A stretch of DNA of 64,000 nucleotides from Marsupella aquatica (taxonomy: Eukaryota; Plantae; Marchantiophyta), in NCBI GenBank assembly GCA_973895155.1, contig OZ316893.1:7216963-7280962 (forward strand). Direction: 5' to 3'. Within the stretch, counting starts at the first letter, position 1. Every line of letters begins with the position of its first letter. Shown piece by piece: positions 39,665-52,700 of this stretch. A model generated the notes under the pieces. The model did not search any database, was not told where the DNA came from, and worked only from the letters and a program-made list of their open reading frames with translations. Made by a program: the position numbers and the translations under genes.

Positions 39665-42600
39665 ACCTGTTTCCTGTTTACTATCACGCATGCCATACCC
39701 ATCAGAAGTATAACCATCGTCAGATTGAGTTTCTCCCAAATGAGGTTCATTTGTCCAACTTATAGTGACTCTTGGTTTTCCAAAGGACATCCGACGATGT
39801 TCCCAATCAACGTTGACTTTGGCTTTATACAACCAGGGTCTTCCTAAGAGTAAAGGAAAAGTAGAAGACACTTCCGGCCGAAGGACCACAAAATCTAAAA
39901 GAAATGTTAGACCTTCAATAACAGTAGCAACACCAATAAGTTTCCCTACTGGTACAACTCTTGACTGATCAGCCATTCTTAGGATTTGTAAGGTCTTTTC
40001 AAATGTAGTCAATCCAAGATTGAAAGCGGTCTCTTCTGTCATAATATTTACACTTGATCCACCGTCAACTGGTACGTCTGATAATACACAACCCAGGATT
40101 TGAACTTCTATCTCTGGTGGTCCCTTATCATCCCATTCAATTCGCATAGCCTCGACTGAAGGTAACTTTCTTTTCCTCCTTTTGCCGGTGAGCAAGGTTC
40201 TTAATTGCTTTTTATAGGTAGGGTTGTCTTGCAGTAATTCCCCAACTGTAATATTTGCCGGTTGATTCTTCACTGCTTCTACAATATTGTAACCTTCTGG
40301 CTTAGTGGTTATTGGTGCATTAACTGTTTGGTCAGAGTTCTTTCCTTCTTTAAGATTAGCTTCCTTTTCCACTGCAACGGATATTTCCTCAGTTAACTCG
40401 TGTAACTGAGCCTTAATTTCTTCTGATATGTTTGGTTGAAAATATTTTGGATCATACCTGTCGTAAGCTGGGTCATCCTCCTTAGGAATACCTTCTTCCG
40501 CTGGAATTCTTGACTTGCCTTTCCTCTTGGATGATTTCTTACTCTTGGGGTCCTCATCCTTATGCTTCTTCCCTTGATGAGACTTAGACCTTGTGGTAGC
40601 ATAAGTTTCCAGAATTTGGTCTCTTTCCTGAATTCGTTTATTAGGCATCCCAATGACATTTTCTTGCACCAAGTGTTCTAAGTCGATATCTACAATGGTT
40701 CCTGACAATGGTTGGGTGTAGATATTATGCACTTCTGTTTCTTCCTCTGCACTTGTTTCAATAGTTACACGTCCACACTGGTCGGTATCTTCTTGACTGT
40801 ATATCATCCTGACTTCCTCTGGTCGGGGAGCTTCCTTCACAGGTTCCTTAGCAAATCTCACCATCATCTTAGGCTTAGGTGGGTTTGGACATTCCACAGG
40901 GAGGTGACCTTCTTTTCCACAATTTCCGCAAATGGGAGTATATCCCACTTCTCTCTTTGGATACAGACAGTCTGGTGAGTAATGTCCTAATTGGCCACAA
41001 TTGTAGCAAGTACCTCGTTCTCTTGGTACCCCTCTGGGCGGATATCCTCCGGGTGGTCCCATTGGTGGTCGTGGTGTTGGCCGATTAAAAGAAGACGGTC
41101 CGGGTGCTTTTGGTTGAGCCCAAGTGATAGGAGCTGTAGGGGGTGGAAAATATTGTCCCGCAAATGGTGCTTGAACTGCATATATATCTCCAGAATCCAT
41201 CATTTTTGTTTCCTCTCCAAAATTTACAGCACGCTGTAAAGTGGGGCACTCATGATGATAATGCCCTTGGTTATTACAACGGGTACACCAAACATTATTT
41301 CAAATAGTGGGAGTAATTTTCCGAGGTGGTTTAAGCACAGCAGCATTAATAGCTTAGTTAATTTACTAGTTAAGGAATCTATCATTTTATCCAGATTTTT
41401 AGCTTTTTGAGGGACTGTACTTTTCTGCATTCTTTTCTTCTTAGCAGCATCCACCTCCTCAGAACTTGAATCAGAACTGGTATTGCTACTAGAACTTGAG
41501 TCACTACTCGTTTCTTCAGTACTGGTGGTGTCACTTCCATCAGTTTCAGAGCTTGAGGAGGACTTAGACTTCTTTTTCTTTTTCTTTTTATCTTTCCTTT
41601 TAGTTTTCTTTAGATCTTTCTTTACTCGTTTCTTCTCTGAAACCTCTGAGTCTACATATTTTTGGGCGGCTTCTTGTGCCTCCTCAAAAGTGGTACCACC
41701 TTCCCTTCTTACATACCTTGCAATACGGGATGGTAATCCATTGATAAACCAATCTCGTGTGGTAGATTTTGTCGTGTTAGGATTATACTTATCCACCAGA
41801 TCAAGTAACTTGTCTACATATTTCCTCACTGAACCATGTTTCTTCATAGTTAGCTGAGAAATCCTTGCAAAGGCCCTTGCTTCAACTCCATCCTCTTTAT
41901 ATTTGTCTAGAAAGGCTGTTTTAGTTTTCCCCCAATCATTATTATCTGGAAATCTGTCATACCATTTCTGGGCATTTTTCTTTAATAATCCTCCAAAAAT
42001 GGTGGCCTTCTCAGCGTCTTGAGTTTGTCCATTGGAGGTAGCCGCAGCTTCAAATTCCTTTAAAAATATCTCAGCATCTTCTTTAGATGTCCCTTTGAAG
42101 GTGTCATAGAGAATATTATTCCTGGCCATTTGAATTCTTCTTATTGGAGTAGGTACTGGGTTAACCCTGGCCGATCCACCAGTCTGTTGGGATCCTGTGC
42201 TCAGAATTGGCCCTTGGGATGTCAGAGGTAAATGAGAAATTATTGAAATAGTAGTGCTGGTTGAACTTGCAGCACTGGTATTGCCACTGAAATTTCCTAA
42301 CCCAATCAGCTTGGAATAAAGTTCGGTTGTGAGAGGGGGTAGTTCTTCTAATCCGAATGCTTCACCAGAGTTAGTCTGCAAAGGAGTAAGGGAATCATAA
42401 TCCAAAGTCAGAGAGTTAGTTCATTGGGTTTCCCCTTCGATTACACTTCTATGTCGTGAAGTTCCGGAATCATTAATGCCAATGGTTTGAAATGAGAGTG
42501 TGCCTTCATATTCACCCAGACTTCGTGATCTACTCAATGATTTGACAATATCTGCTCCCTTCTTCTTTGCTTTTACCGGTACATATTGCACATCTCTCGA

Positions 42601-42828
42601 ACGTAATTTATACACCACTGGTCGACTGGTTGCAGGTTTATTCACAGTTCCTTCTGCTGCACTCTGTTGGATAAGCGTAACTCTTTCCGCTACACTCCCA
42701 GGTGATGGAAAATCGGGTGATTGGAAATCTTGGAGTAATTCTCAAGGCTTAAGCGACTCTTGCGATGATTCTGATGCTGATTTTTCTTCGCGTCGTGACT
42801 TCCAATTGCGCTTCCCTTTGTCAGTCAT
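39665..42828 (-). pseudogene. Gypsy gag-protease (capsid, three CCHC knuckles, aspartic protease) with stops and one frameshift
   Basis: FKGTSKEDAEIFLKEFE...AQKWY...SVRKYVDKL...WFINGL; knuckles CTRCNNQGHYHHEC, CYNCGQLGHYSPDC, CGNCGKEGHLPVEC; protease VPVDGGSSVNIM...LLLGRPWL. Joins ORF-track entries 42421-42645, 41224-42405 and 39602-41203. Confidence 0.88.
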
Positions 42829-43015
42829 TCCTCATTCTGAAAGGCATTTTCTTTGGAAGAGAGTTGGCGGGTGTGATTGCTTGAAGGTCCTCCTTCTCAA
42901 GAGACAACTTCAATGGTCACATCATTTTGTCGTGTCTCTACTCCATGCCCTTCCAGGTTTGCTCGATCCATGGCCAGTATGCCCCTTCGGTTGACACTTC
43001 TCTGCATCCGGCGTC

Positions 43016-46000
43016 TGTCGCACCCCTACCCTGGGCCTTAAATCCGGGTTAGTGTCGTGGTGCGACCTCGACCACCAGTAGGGGTGAGGGTTCGGGCAAG
43101 GAGGTGTGTAGTGACCTTCAATAGCCCTAAGTCGGGCTAAGCCGCTATACTTACTGGTATAACACTCGCATAATTCATACTTGTCATAGGTATATTTATT
43201 TTCCACCGCTGGAATTTTCCCTCAGTTAGTGACGCGGACTAACTCCCGACTTGGGGCTTTTCAAGCCATCGACGTGACAGGACCTTGTGACATGCAATGA
43301 GTGGCAATCCCTACCATTAGTCCGCACCCGGTACGTCCCTTAAAATAGCGCCTTTGCCCGGACAAAGCATACACACAACACCAGTTACTCTCAGAAACAT
43401 TAAGGGGAAAAGACTACATTTACTCAGTGAAGCATCAGTTTACATGGTTGACTCGACTTCAAAGGGGGTCAGCAGGCCCAACGGCAGTTGATGCCCAGTC
43501 TCTACGAGGCCCTGCCTCGCACTTGCCCAGCAAGCTCGACTCTGGCTCTCACTCCTTGGTACGCTCTGACCCTACTCAGGCCGGGACTCCCCGTGCCTCG
43601 CCTTTCTTCTGCTGAGATAACTAAGCCTTCTCCCCCTTCCCATCGCGGAAGGGGAAGCCTAAATACTACCATAGCGGAGAGAACCGGAGGATACTACCTT
43701 TCGGGTACTACCTACTGACTAACTAACTGCTGACTACCGGTCGCGCTGTACTGACCGGTTGACCGTTGACTACGAGTGTGCCAACCGGAATGGCGGCGGC
43801 CAAGCCTACTGACAACCTCTAGTCCGTTGATGGACTCAATCCTACGTTGGCTGATCCTAACTGACCGGCCCTAATTCTTCCTACTGCCGCTAATCGGCGC
43901 CTAATGACAGTCATTCTGTCGTTACGCCTAACTAAAAGATGCCGCTGACTTAACCGCCTCGTGCGGCGCCTGCTTCTACCCTTCGCTAACTACCCCTTAC
44001 GTGTGTGCAGTGGTCGGACCAGGGCTGGTCCCCTTGTCGGGGCGAGACCTCGAGCCGCCTTGATCAGAGGTGGGCCCAGGTTTTCCCCGCTGGAGGACGA
44101 GCAGGGTGACGCGGTCCTGCAAAGCCTTGTTGTCCCATAATGCTTCCTCCGCCTCGTTTGCGGCTTCGTCGGCTTCAGTCTGGAGCCGCGCCACCTCCAA
44201 GTTGAGCTGGTCGCTGGCATCGCGATGGACCTGGTCCTGCGCTAGCAATTTATCTCATTCGGTGGAGAGACTAGCCACCTGCTGTGCTGCCTGCAGGAAT
44301 TGTTTGTTGAGGTCGGTCAAGCTGGTAACCCGAGCCGAAGATTCTGAGCGTAATTGAAGCACGGTGTCGTCCAGCTTCTTGAGTTCGGCCTGCGCTCCGC
44401 TTAACTCCTGGGTTAGTCCGTCCCTCTGTTCGACAGTGCGGACTAAATCCTCGCGGCGGGTCGTTGCCTCCTCCTCGAGGTGCTCTACCAGCATCTGGAG
44501 ACGCCCGATCTCATTCCCCTTCGCCATGAGTTCTTCTTCCAAGCAGCTGACGATCCGTGGTTGGTGCTCTAACATGAAGAAGGCTGGCTGAAAGTACGTC
44601 GAGACTTGTTGTCCGATGTATGTCGCCAACTCCCCAGACATAGTCTGGCTAAACTTCTGGACCAGGTCGTAGGCCATGGTCCCCGGGGCTACTTGGTAGT
44701 CCTCCATCCTCTCGGGTACCGGTGGTTCCTCGGCAGGGGCAATGAGCTCCTCCGTAGTCAGCGCTGGGGAGGGGAAGGTTTCTTCAGGTGGTGGAGGGAT
44801 TGGGGGTGGTTGTACTGCAGGCAGCGGAGGCTCAACGGAAGGAGGCGGTGGAATTTCCGCAGGGTGCGGTTGCGGAGTATTAGTCGGGGCTTCCGGCTCG
44901 GGGTTTGTCCGAGGGACAGTAGTCCGCGTAGTCGGGGTTGCCTCCTCTGGGGCGGGGGTGTCATTACCCGGGGCTGAGGTGGCCGTATTCTTTCCTCTGG
45001 CCTCCCGTCGTGCCTTGTACCAGGCGAGGATAATGGCGATATGACTCCCCAAGTAAGTCTTCCCTCCAATAGCCATACCACCCTGAGCCCGCTTCAGCTC
45101 CCCCGAGAATCTTCGGTAGAAGAATTGGGCCCAGTTTCGTCGTTTGTACTGTTCCACCTGCACTATCGTGCAGAGGGAAATCTCGGATCGTGGCTCAATC
45201 ATGTGTAGGGTAGTCCGAATGAAGTTAAGCCGCTCCATACAGGTTAAGTTGGTGCACGCCCCCTGCTTGTATCCGTTGTCCGTCTTACCCTCGGGTTTGA
45301 AGTGCCGCGGCGTATACTCCTTATCCCGAATTCGGATTTCCACCGGCACCGGCCCGGTTGGTAGGCCAAAAATTTGCATTAACCGATGCTCCGTGAGTGA
45401 TAAGGTCTGCCCCGAAACCTTGGTGGTTGACGCATCAGTGTCGAAATTGGAGATGAACTCACAAATCTCCTTCGGCCCGGCGGCGCACGGCCTCCATAGT
45501 AAGTGGGCGAACCGCTCCAACTGATGCTCCTTGAGATAGTCTGCATGTTCGAGTTTCTTGATCGCGATCCAGACTACCTCGGGGACATGGATTACCTGTA
45601 ATAAGTTGGACTTCGGGTTATTCGGGGGCCGTCGGGTCTGGTTGGCCGGGGGGTTGCGGGGCAGGTGCAGGCGCGGCGTCGGTCCGTGTTGATTCGGGGG
45701 CCGTCGTAGTCCTTGACTGCTTACGAGGACGCTGTTTGAGTTGCGGACTAGCTCGCTCGGAACCCAAAGAACACTCCGCGTTGATTACTGGATGGACTTG
45801 GGACTGGTTCGGCGGTACTCCGGTGGTCATCGGTTGAGGCGCTGGGGTAGCCATATCCCAGTTGAAGGCGTTGGAGCTTTCCCCGAGGAATGTGAGATTA
45901 CGCGCCGCTTTCCGTTGTCTACTGATGTCTTCTTGGCGCTTTTCGGCTGCGATCTGCTGGTCTAGGTACCCCGGAATCTTGTCGAACTCCGCTTGAGTAA

Positions 46001-46849
46001 GCCGCTGGTTGCCCTTCAGCTTAAAGAACTTAGCTGGAACCTCAAGAATCGCCTCTGCTACCGATCTAAGCCCTTCCTCGTTGAGATATAGTTCGGTGAT
46101 GTAGTCTCGCAGCTCGTTATAGCTAGAATCCCTGGTGATGGCTGTCCTTTCGCAATTAACCAGTGCTACCTTGGTTACCAGCTTCGCGTACCTTCATTCG
46201 TAAGCGGATTTCTCGGGGCAAGAGTACCAGTAAGTCTCGGAGAACTTAGCACCTACCTCGCCAAACAAGGTCCAAAATCCCAAGGCTGTGAGGGTCATAC
46301 TAACCTCGTAGTCCGGTTCGTTGCGTCCACGTTCCCACCTGGCTGGTCCTTTTTCGCGGAGGCCTCGCTCGTCCTGACTAAATCTCGCCACATTCCACTC
46401 TTCTCCCTCAATAATTTCCTCGTAAAGGTCGAATGGATTCAATCGAAAAGGCGAGCGGATGGCAGCATCCGTGAATTCCAAAAAGGTAAACGTGAGCGAA
46501 TGGCCCGCAGTGCCATCGGCTCCTCTCTTATGGAGGTGCCCGGACGAGCCCGAGCGTGAGAAGGTCAGGCCGTTTGGTCATTGATAACGAGCTGAAGTCG
46601 ACGTCTCGGTCCAAGCGTGATTCTTCTAACTGATTTTTACTCCGCTGCCGCCACCGTACCTCGGTCGTGCGTAATAATCCCTTTCCTGAACTCGTAATTA
46701 TTCGGTTATCTTAACCTACTCCTAATCTAATCATAATGGCAACTTGACGGCTATACGTGCTATTCTACGCTATGGCTACGGTCCTAATGACCGTATAAGT
46801 CCTAATCTACGACCTGGGTTCGGTCAAGTGACACGTTACCCGTGTCACA
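43016..46849 (-). mobile_element. Giant solo-LTR-like unit E1 (3834 bp) containing a gene
   Basis: Ends TGTCGCACCCC (43016) and GTGTCACA (46849), with a perfect TSD GCGTC at 43011-43015 and 46850-46854. No internal PBS, gag or pol was seen. A second copy starts at 61543. Confidence 0.85.
43997..46481 (-). pseudogene. LTR-borne gene of E1: N-terminal FW domain, PMD/transposon-protein-like core, Pro-rich linker, coiled coil
   Basis: ORF pieces 46194-46481 and 45618-45854 share a frame. After a frameshift near 45620, 44255-45520 and 43997-44248 share a frame, separated by a TGA that is an Arg codon in the 63 kb copy. Confidence 0.75.
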
Positions 46850-46919
46850 GCGTCTGCAATGGTCGCGTTGTTTCATAGAGTTGTTGATGGGGTGTGACTC
46901 TTCTTTGTGCCCCGTATAC

Positions 46920-47030
46920 TCGTCAACACGTATACCCGTAAATGCATAAACTCCTATACTCGTAAACTCGTAGAGTCGACTGTAACTCGTAAAGTAGTAA
47001 TCGTCACGACGCTTACTCGTAACTCGTAAG
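46920..47030 (-). repeat. TTACGAGT motif cluster upstream of gag
   Basis: Repeated actcgtaa/actcgta on the + strand. Confidence 0.7.
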
Positions 47031-47130
47031 GGTTAACCCGCAATGCCTTATCCCCTTGTATCTCGGTGATTCCTTAATAGCAAAGTACCCCGTCCACTTC
47101 TGATTTCTCAATGCTTTGGCTAACCTTACT

Positions 47131-48511
47131 TTATCTGAGTCCCCTATTTTGTCTTTGCATCAATGTTCTAGCTAAGTCTTGCATAGAAATCACTACATAT
47201 TCCTCCCTGGTAATTCTTCCATTTAGCTTTAAAATAACCAAATGTAGATTTACTCCTTCCCACCAAGTAATAGATAGCCAATGCATCCCTCTTCTCCCTC
47301 TTAGAGATAACACCCAAGTTTGTACATACCTATTATGTAAATTTCTCACCCTAAGGGACCCTAATGATCTGATAGGTGGCATTTGGAGTTACTTCATCTA
47401 TAATTACTTAGTGTTAAAAATCTATCAAATATTCCTCTATCATCCTTAATTGAACCATTGGTTCATAATTATTCACTGCATTCTCAATGCTGTCAATATG
47501 ATCAGTCCAAGGGAATTCAAGTAGGTGTAACTTATTTAATTTATTTTCAATTCCCCCTTCCTCTTCCTTGGTCAAAAATAAATATTCTTGCTTATGCTTC
47601 CTTAACAGAAAATCAAGGTCAAATTCCTCCGGTATAGGTTGGAGCTTGAATCCTTCCAAACCTTTTCTCTTCAACACCACCAAATTCACCACTTTGCAGG
47701 AGGAGGGTAGATCCTTAATCCATTTAAATGAAGATTCTCTAAATGAACTGTGCCTTCTTTTAACAAGGATCCATCCTTCTTTATTAAGCCATTTTAGTGA
47801 CCCTATTAATGCTCTTCTATTAGGGGTCATTACCGGTTTCTCCAAATCCAATAAGACATTTGAATTTTGATAAAACTCATTAAGAGCTTGGTCTAGATTT
47901 TCCCTCCATCTAGGATTGTTCTTCAAAATCTCTAGTGCCTTATCCAATTCTTGCTCAATTTTACCTTCCAAAACTTCCTCCTCTATACAGGTGTGACTTA
48001 ATATTTCTGGAATGGTAACTTGGTCAAAATATTCATCCCAGGTTCCTTCCTCCAGATGTAATTTCCCATTTTCACAACTCTTAAAAATCAGGAGGCTATT
48101 AAGGAATACATTTGTATCAAATGAGTTTACCTCAACCAGGCCTAAACTCCAATAATAACTTCCCTCTGTCCTCTTTAAAATTTTTGCTCTTCCTCCTTGA
48201 CAAGTACTTTTGACAACATAAGTTTGTCTTTCCCTCAATTTAATCTGAGCTCTTTCTTTCTTTTGAGGTCGGCTTTTCCTTACCATAACTTGAGAATACT
48301 CCCTCTTCCTCTTCTAGGCACCACTTAATCTTTCTCTCTTGGCCTTAGCCTTCTTCCTTCTTTCCAGAATTATGGAGAGGTTTTCTTCTTCAACTCTTTC
48401 CCTAAATACAACTGGTGCATTTTCCACCGTGTAAGGTCGAATCTCTAGCCTTGGAATGGCCCATTCTCCAGTGGGATCCATGATAACAATTATCAATGTG
48501 TTTTGTTCCAA
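47131..48511 (-). pseudogene. Extra ORF of unknown function between PBS and gag
   Basis: ORF pieces 48314-48511, 47414-48286 (290 aa) and 47131-47382 lie in element sense, downstream of the PBS. Confidence 0.55.
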
Positions 48512-48576
48512 AACCTAACAAATTCAATCCTTCATTTGGCATTCCCTGCCTGTACTTCAAATCAACCTTGATTTGT

Positions 48577-48594
48577 TCCCCGGCAGCGGCGCCA
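48577..48594 (-). other. Primer-binding site (tRNA-Asp type, Athila-like)
   Basis: Minus strand TTTT-TGGCGCCGCTGCCGGGGA, one mismatch from the Athila TGGCGCCGTTGCCGGGGA. Confidence 0.88.
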
Positions 48595-49516
48595 AAAATC
48601 TCATGTAGTTTGCTATGAAGAACCAAAAACACACTTAAAGGTCTTCAAACTCGGTATTCGTTCCCGTAAAGAACAAGATGGGGTTGATTTGATACATAAA
48701 AACACAAATGAGAGTTTAAGAACTCTATTTAAAACATAGTAATCAGGATTGATTACTTTACTAAGGTATTTTGAAGATCGCTCCCCAGCGGTGAGTGGTT
48801 TTTAATGACAACTCAGCATCATGTAACCATAAATTAATGAAAAGGGAATGATTAACAAAACACAAGGAAAAATATCTCAAAGTATGCTAAGGGAGTCTGG
48901 AATTTTCCAAGGTTACTCCTTAGACATAAGTCAAAATGAAAAGACTTAAGGATACAAATCCATATTGCTTTTCAGATCTAAATTGCTTACTAGAGTACCT
49001 TTTAAAATGTCGTCAACATGTCTTATCCTTTCTTTCTAAGTGGTACTCAGATAAGATCTAAAAAGTAGCTACTTCAACATTGAGATGGTACTAAGCAACA
49101 TGAAAGAAAATACATCAATTTCAAATAAGACTTAAACTCAATGAGTTAACTCCAAGAACTCAGGAGATTGTAATGAGTCACCAAAGAGGAATCTGTCATC
49201 AGATCTCATAAGATTTACACAATTGGAATTTTACTTCCCATGATTTATTCAAAGGATTAAACCACAAGGAGGAAAGTCTTCTCCTGGTGTCAAGCTTGAT
49301 CTCGAACTCTTAACATTCATGATCAACTGGCAGAACACCAAGGAAAGGCAAAAATTGCTAAACTTTACCATCATCTACACTAGTGGTAGAGCTATCTTTT
49401 AGTCAAAATCTACTGAGTGAGAGGTCACAGGGTCGAAGAGACATGCCTCTTCATACCCCTCAAAATTTTTAAATGGCGATTCAGTAAGTGAAAAGCCGGA
49501 AAAATGGCTAAGTATG

Positions 49517-49680
49517 AACTCGTAACTAGTAAACTATTAACTCGTAATCGGAAATCTGTCGGAACTCGTAATCGTAAACTAGTAACTCTTAAACTAGTAA
49601 ACTCGTAAAAATGTAAAGTCGTAAAGATGTAAAGTCGTAAAGTCTGACTCGTAACTCGTAATCACGGTAACGTAAAGACT
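49517..49680 (-). repeat. TTACGAGT/TTACTAGT motif cluster within the E2 LTR
   Basis: Dense actcgtaa/actagtaa/gtcgtaaa repeats on the + strand. Confidence 0.75.
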
Positions 49681-49749
49681 TGATGAATTCAACTATTTTT
49701 AACTTTCTAACTATAAGTCAGAAAAACTCTGAGATTTTGCCAAGAGGTT

Positions 49750-52700
49750 TGTGATGCCTAGACAGGAATCACTCGGCCGGTTAAGTGGGTAAAGCAGGAA
49801 GGCACCCTAGGAACACCTTAGTATAGTGACAAAACAAGGAAAATATAAACAATTAGGGGCAACCATGGAACCCGGGCAGAGGCCGGAGGTAAGGCTGAGG
49901 GTGAAAACCCGATTAGGGTTAGGGCGCGTTAAGCGTCGGCGGCTAGGAAGGATCAACGGGAAGAAGGACCGGCAGAGGAGAGGGGTAAGGAGCGCTTGCA
50001 GGAGATGGTGGCTCATTTGCGAGCACGAACTAGGCAGACGACTACGGGAGGCCAACTACTGTCAGCTGCTTAGGCAAGCACTCGGGGAGAGAGTAGATAC
50101 CGACGATCGACCTAAGGAGGGTATGAGCAACGTCAATCAAGCGGCACATTTCTGGGGATGCCTGTTCGAACGGGCAACTGAGTACATCAAGACTTACGAG
50201 GACGAGGAGTCAGAAAGGGCAGCTCGAGAATGGCAGGAGCTCGCTCGATTGTGGGAGCTGCAGAAGACGGCTTTCTTAGGAGGCAAACTCATCAAGGACG
50301 AGTTCCTGTGGACGCCTATTTCCAATCAACTCGACGATCTTCTGTTTTGCAAAGACAGCGTCGTCGGCATCCGAGAGGCCATCAAGAACTGCAACGACAT
50401 ACACTGGGAATTAAAGGGTAGCACGGAAAGGTGGACCCAGGCAACGGTGCTAGGAGAAACCTCCACGGCAGCAGAGATGAAGAGGAAGGGAGCCGTCAAC
50501 GATGAAGCCACCCCGGCAAAAAGAACAAGGTCGGCGGCACCAAAGAAGCCAGCCAAGCAGCAGAGCAGGAGGCAGGGAGAAGCCGAAGAGGAGGAGGTCG
50601 ATCCCATCAAGGCCATTCCAACCAGGGATGACACCTGGAAGGGCTGGGCGGCAACCCTACCGGTGGAGGTGCAACTACATTTTGCACGGGAGGAGGATGC
50701 ATGCTTTACGGCCATGCAGACCAAGAAGTACCAAGGCTTCATGGCCGGATCCGGCTTGGAGGCCTTTGTAAGATTACCATGGCTGAAGCCGGAGGTACCG
50801 GAGTCAGACCTATTAGAATTCGTGGGGTCATGGGAACCCGAGACCAATTGCACGAGGATATATGGGAAGGATTTCTATCTTACTCCCAAGGTGATTGCCG
50901 AAGTGTTTGGCTTGCCGATGGGCAATAAGACCAAAGTTGATACCAGGAAGACCTTGCCTGACAAGGAGTTCCGGTCGTTCCCCGGGCCATCAACGAAGAA
51001 TGGCTTCTTCCGGAACACCTGCACCAACCCGCACATAGGAGAGATAATCGACTTCTTGCGGGTGACCATGCATTGTAACTTGCCGAGGGCAGAGATCGGC
51101 AAGGCACAGGTCTATCTGGCAGAAAGGCCAGACCCAAGCCGGGACTACAACGGGTACCTCCTCAACCAATTGAAGAAGATCTTAAAGGAGGAGCAGCAGG
51201 TAATCGGCATGGGGAGCGTGTCGCGGCTTGGCTATCACATGCCGCTGTTGTGCCGGTATGCTAGAGGTCAGACTTTTGCCCCGGTACTTCCCCTGCAGGT
51301 AAGGGCACCCGAGGAAGCTCCAACGCCGAGGCCGTTGGCTGAGAAGCCTCAACCACCTGTTAGTCCTACGATCGAGCAGGTGTTTAGGCCCAGGAAGGAA
51401 GACTTGCCGATGCAGCAACCAGGCATGTAGAGTCTGCTGAAACTACTGGAGAAAGAAAAGAAATCGGCATCGGCAACAACAACGGCAACGGCAACAATGC
51501 AGGACACTACTACAGAGGTAGGCCTACACCGGCTCACAAGAGAAAACCCCTTTGCTGGAGACAAGGAGAGAATCAGGCCGGAATCCAAGCCAGGTGTTCG
51601 AATGTACGTGGGAACCTCAAGCTCCGAATCTGAGGCAGAATTGCCTGAAGCTCCTACCGACGAAGAGGAGAGGGAGAAGCCGGACGTCCAAGAGGTAGAG
51701 GAGGCAGTGGAGGACTGCAGCCATGATAATTCCGGCTATGGGTCGGACCATCACGTTCCAGGAGTAAGGACCTGTGGCCGGTTTGTCCCCACACTTCCAA
51801 GGGTAGTGCGGAGGGACCCCAACCAGCAGAGTAGCCTTGAGTCTCCCCCACCAGATGTTGCTCCCCCGAGCTTCGACGGCATAAAACAGACGGTGCAGGA
51901 ATTTCAGGAGCGAATCAAGCAGGAGGAAGAGGCCGCCCTGGCTAAGGAAAAGGATTTACCAGGAGGAGATTGGCCGGAGGACATCAGGCGGCTAGCCGAA
52001 AAAGGAAGCAAACCTCTAGCCACGATTGAAGAGATCCGCAGGACGGCTTGGGAGCAGAGGCCACGATGGGCGATGCCGATCACTTCTACTTACTCCACCT
52101 ACGCTAAGAATAGAGCCATGGAGTATGGTGAGATGTGTGGGGAACTTGCGCTCGGCATCTTTGGAGAGGAGTTGGAGATAGGACCCTTTTTCCATAGGGA
52201 GCAGTTGGAGAAGCACCAATTAGAAGAAGCGGTGGCTTTAGAGAGAAGCAAGAAGGACGAGGTCATTCGGCGGCTTAGGAGGATGGGAGCCGAGATTGAA
52301 GATCTAAGGGCGGCCAAGAAAGCCCAAGATGAACTGCGGATTAAACGACATGAGCTGAACATCATGCAGGGGCAGTTGGACGCCGCGCAGGCTGATAATC
52401 AGAATATCAAGGATAAACTGACTCAGACGCAGGAAGAGTTGGCCGACACGATCAAAGAGAGGGAGAAGTGGAAGCAAGAGCTGAAGAATACAGAGGAGGC
52501 CCACATAACAGCCAACAGCCGGGCCATGGCGGAGACCCAAAGAAAGGAATGGGCGTTGAAAGGGGAGCTCGAGAAAATCCGCGGAGCCCTTGAGCTGAAG
52601 GAGGTCGAGTTAGGGAAATCCTATCAAGAGATTATGGCGCTACAGCAGGAGCTTGCGTCCCTGACGGCCAGCTTCAAGGCCGACCTAAGGGAGAAGGACG

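Noticed and set aside
41340-41360. Programmed gag-pol frameshift
   Set aside because: The shift lies inside gag before the zinc knuckles and next to other lesions, so it is more likely decay.
51428-51430. Programmed stop-codon readthrough in the E4 gene
   Set aside because: There is no CARYYA-type context, and a C-to-T point mutation is simpler.
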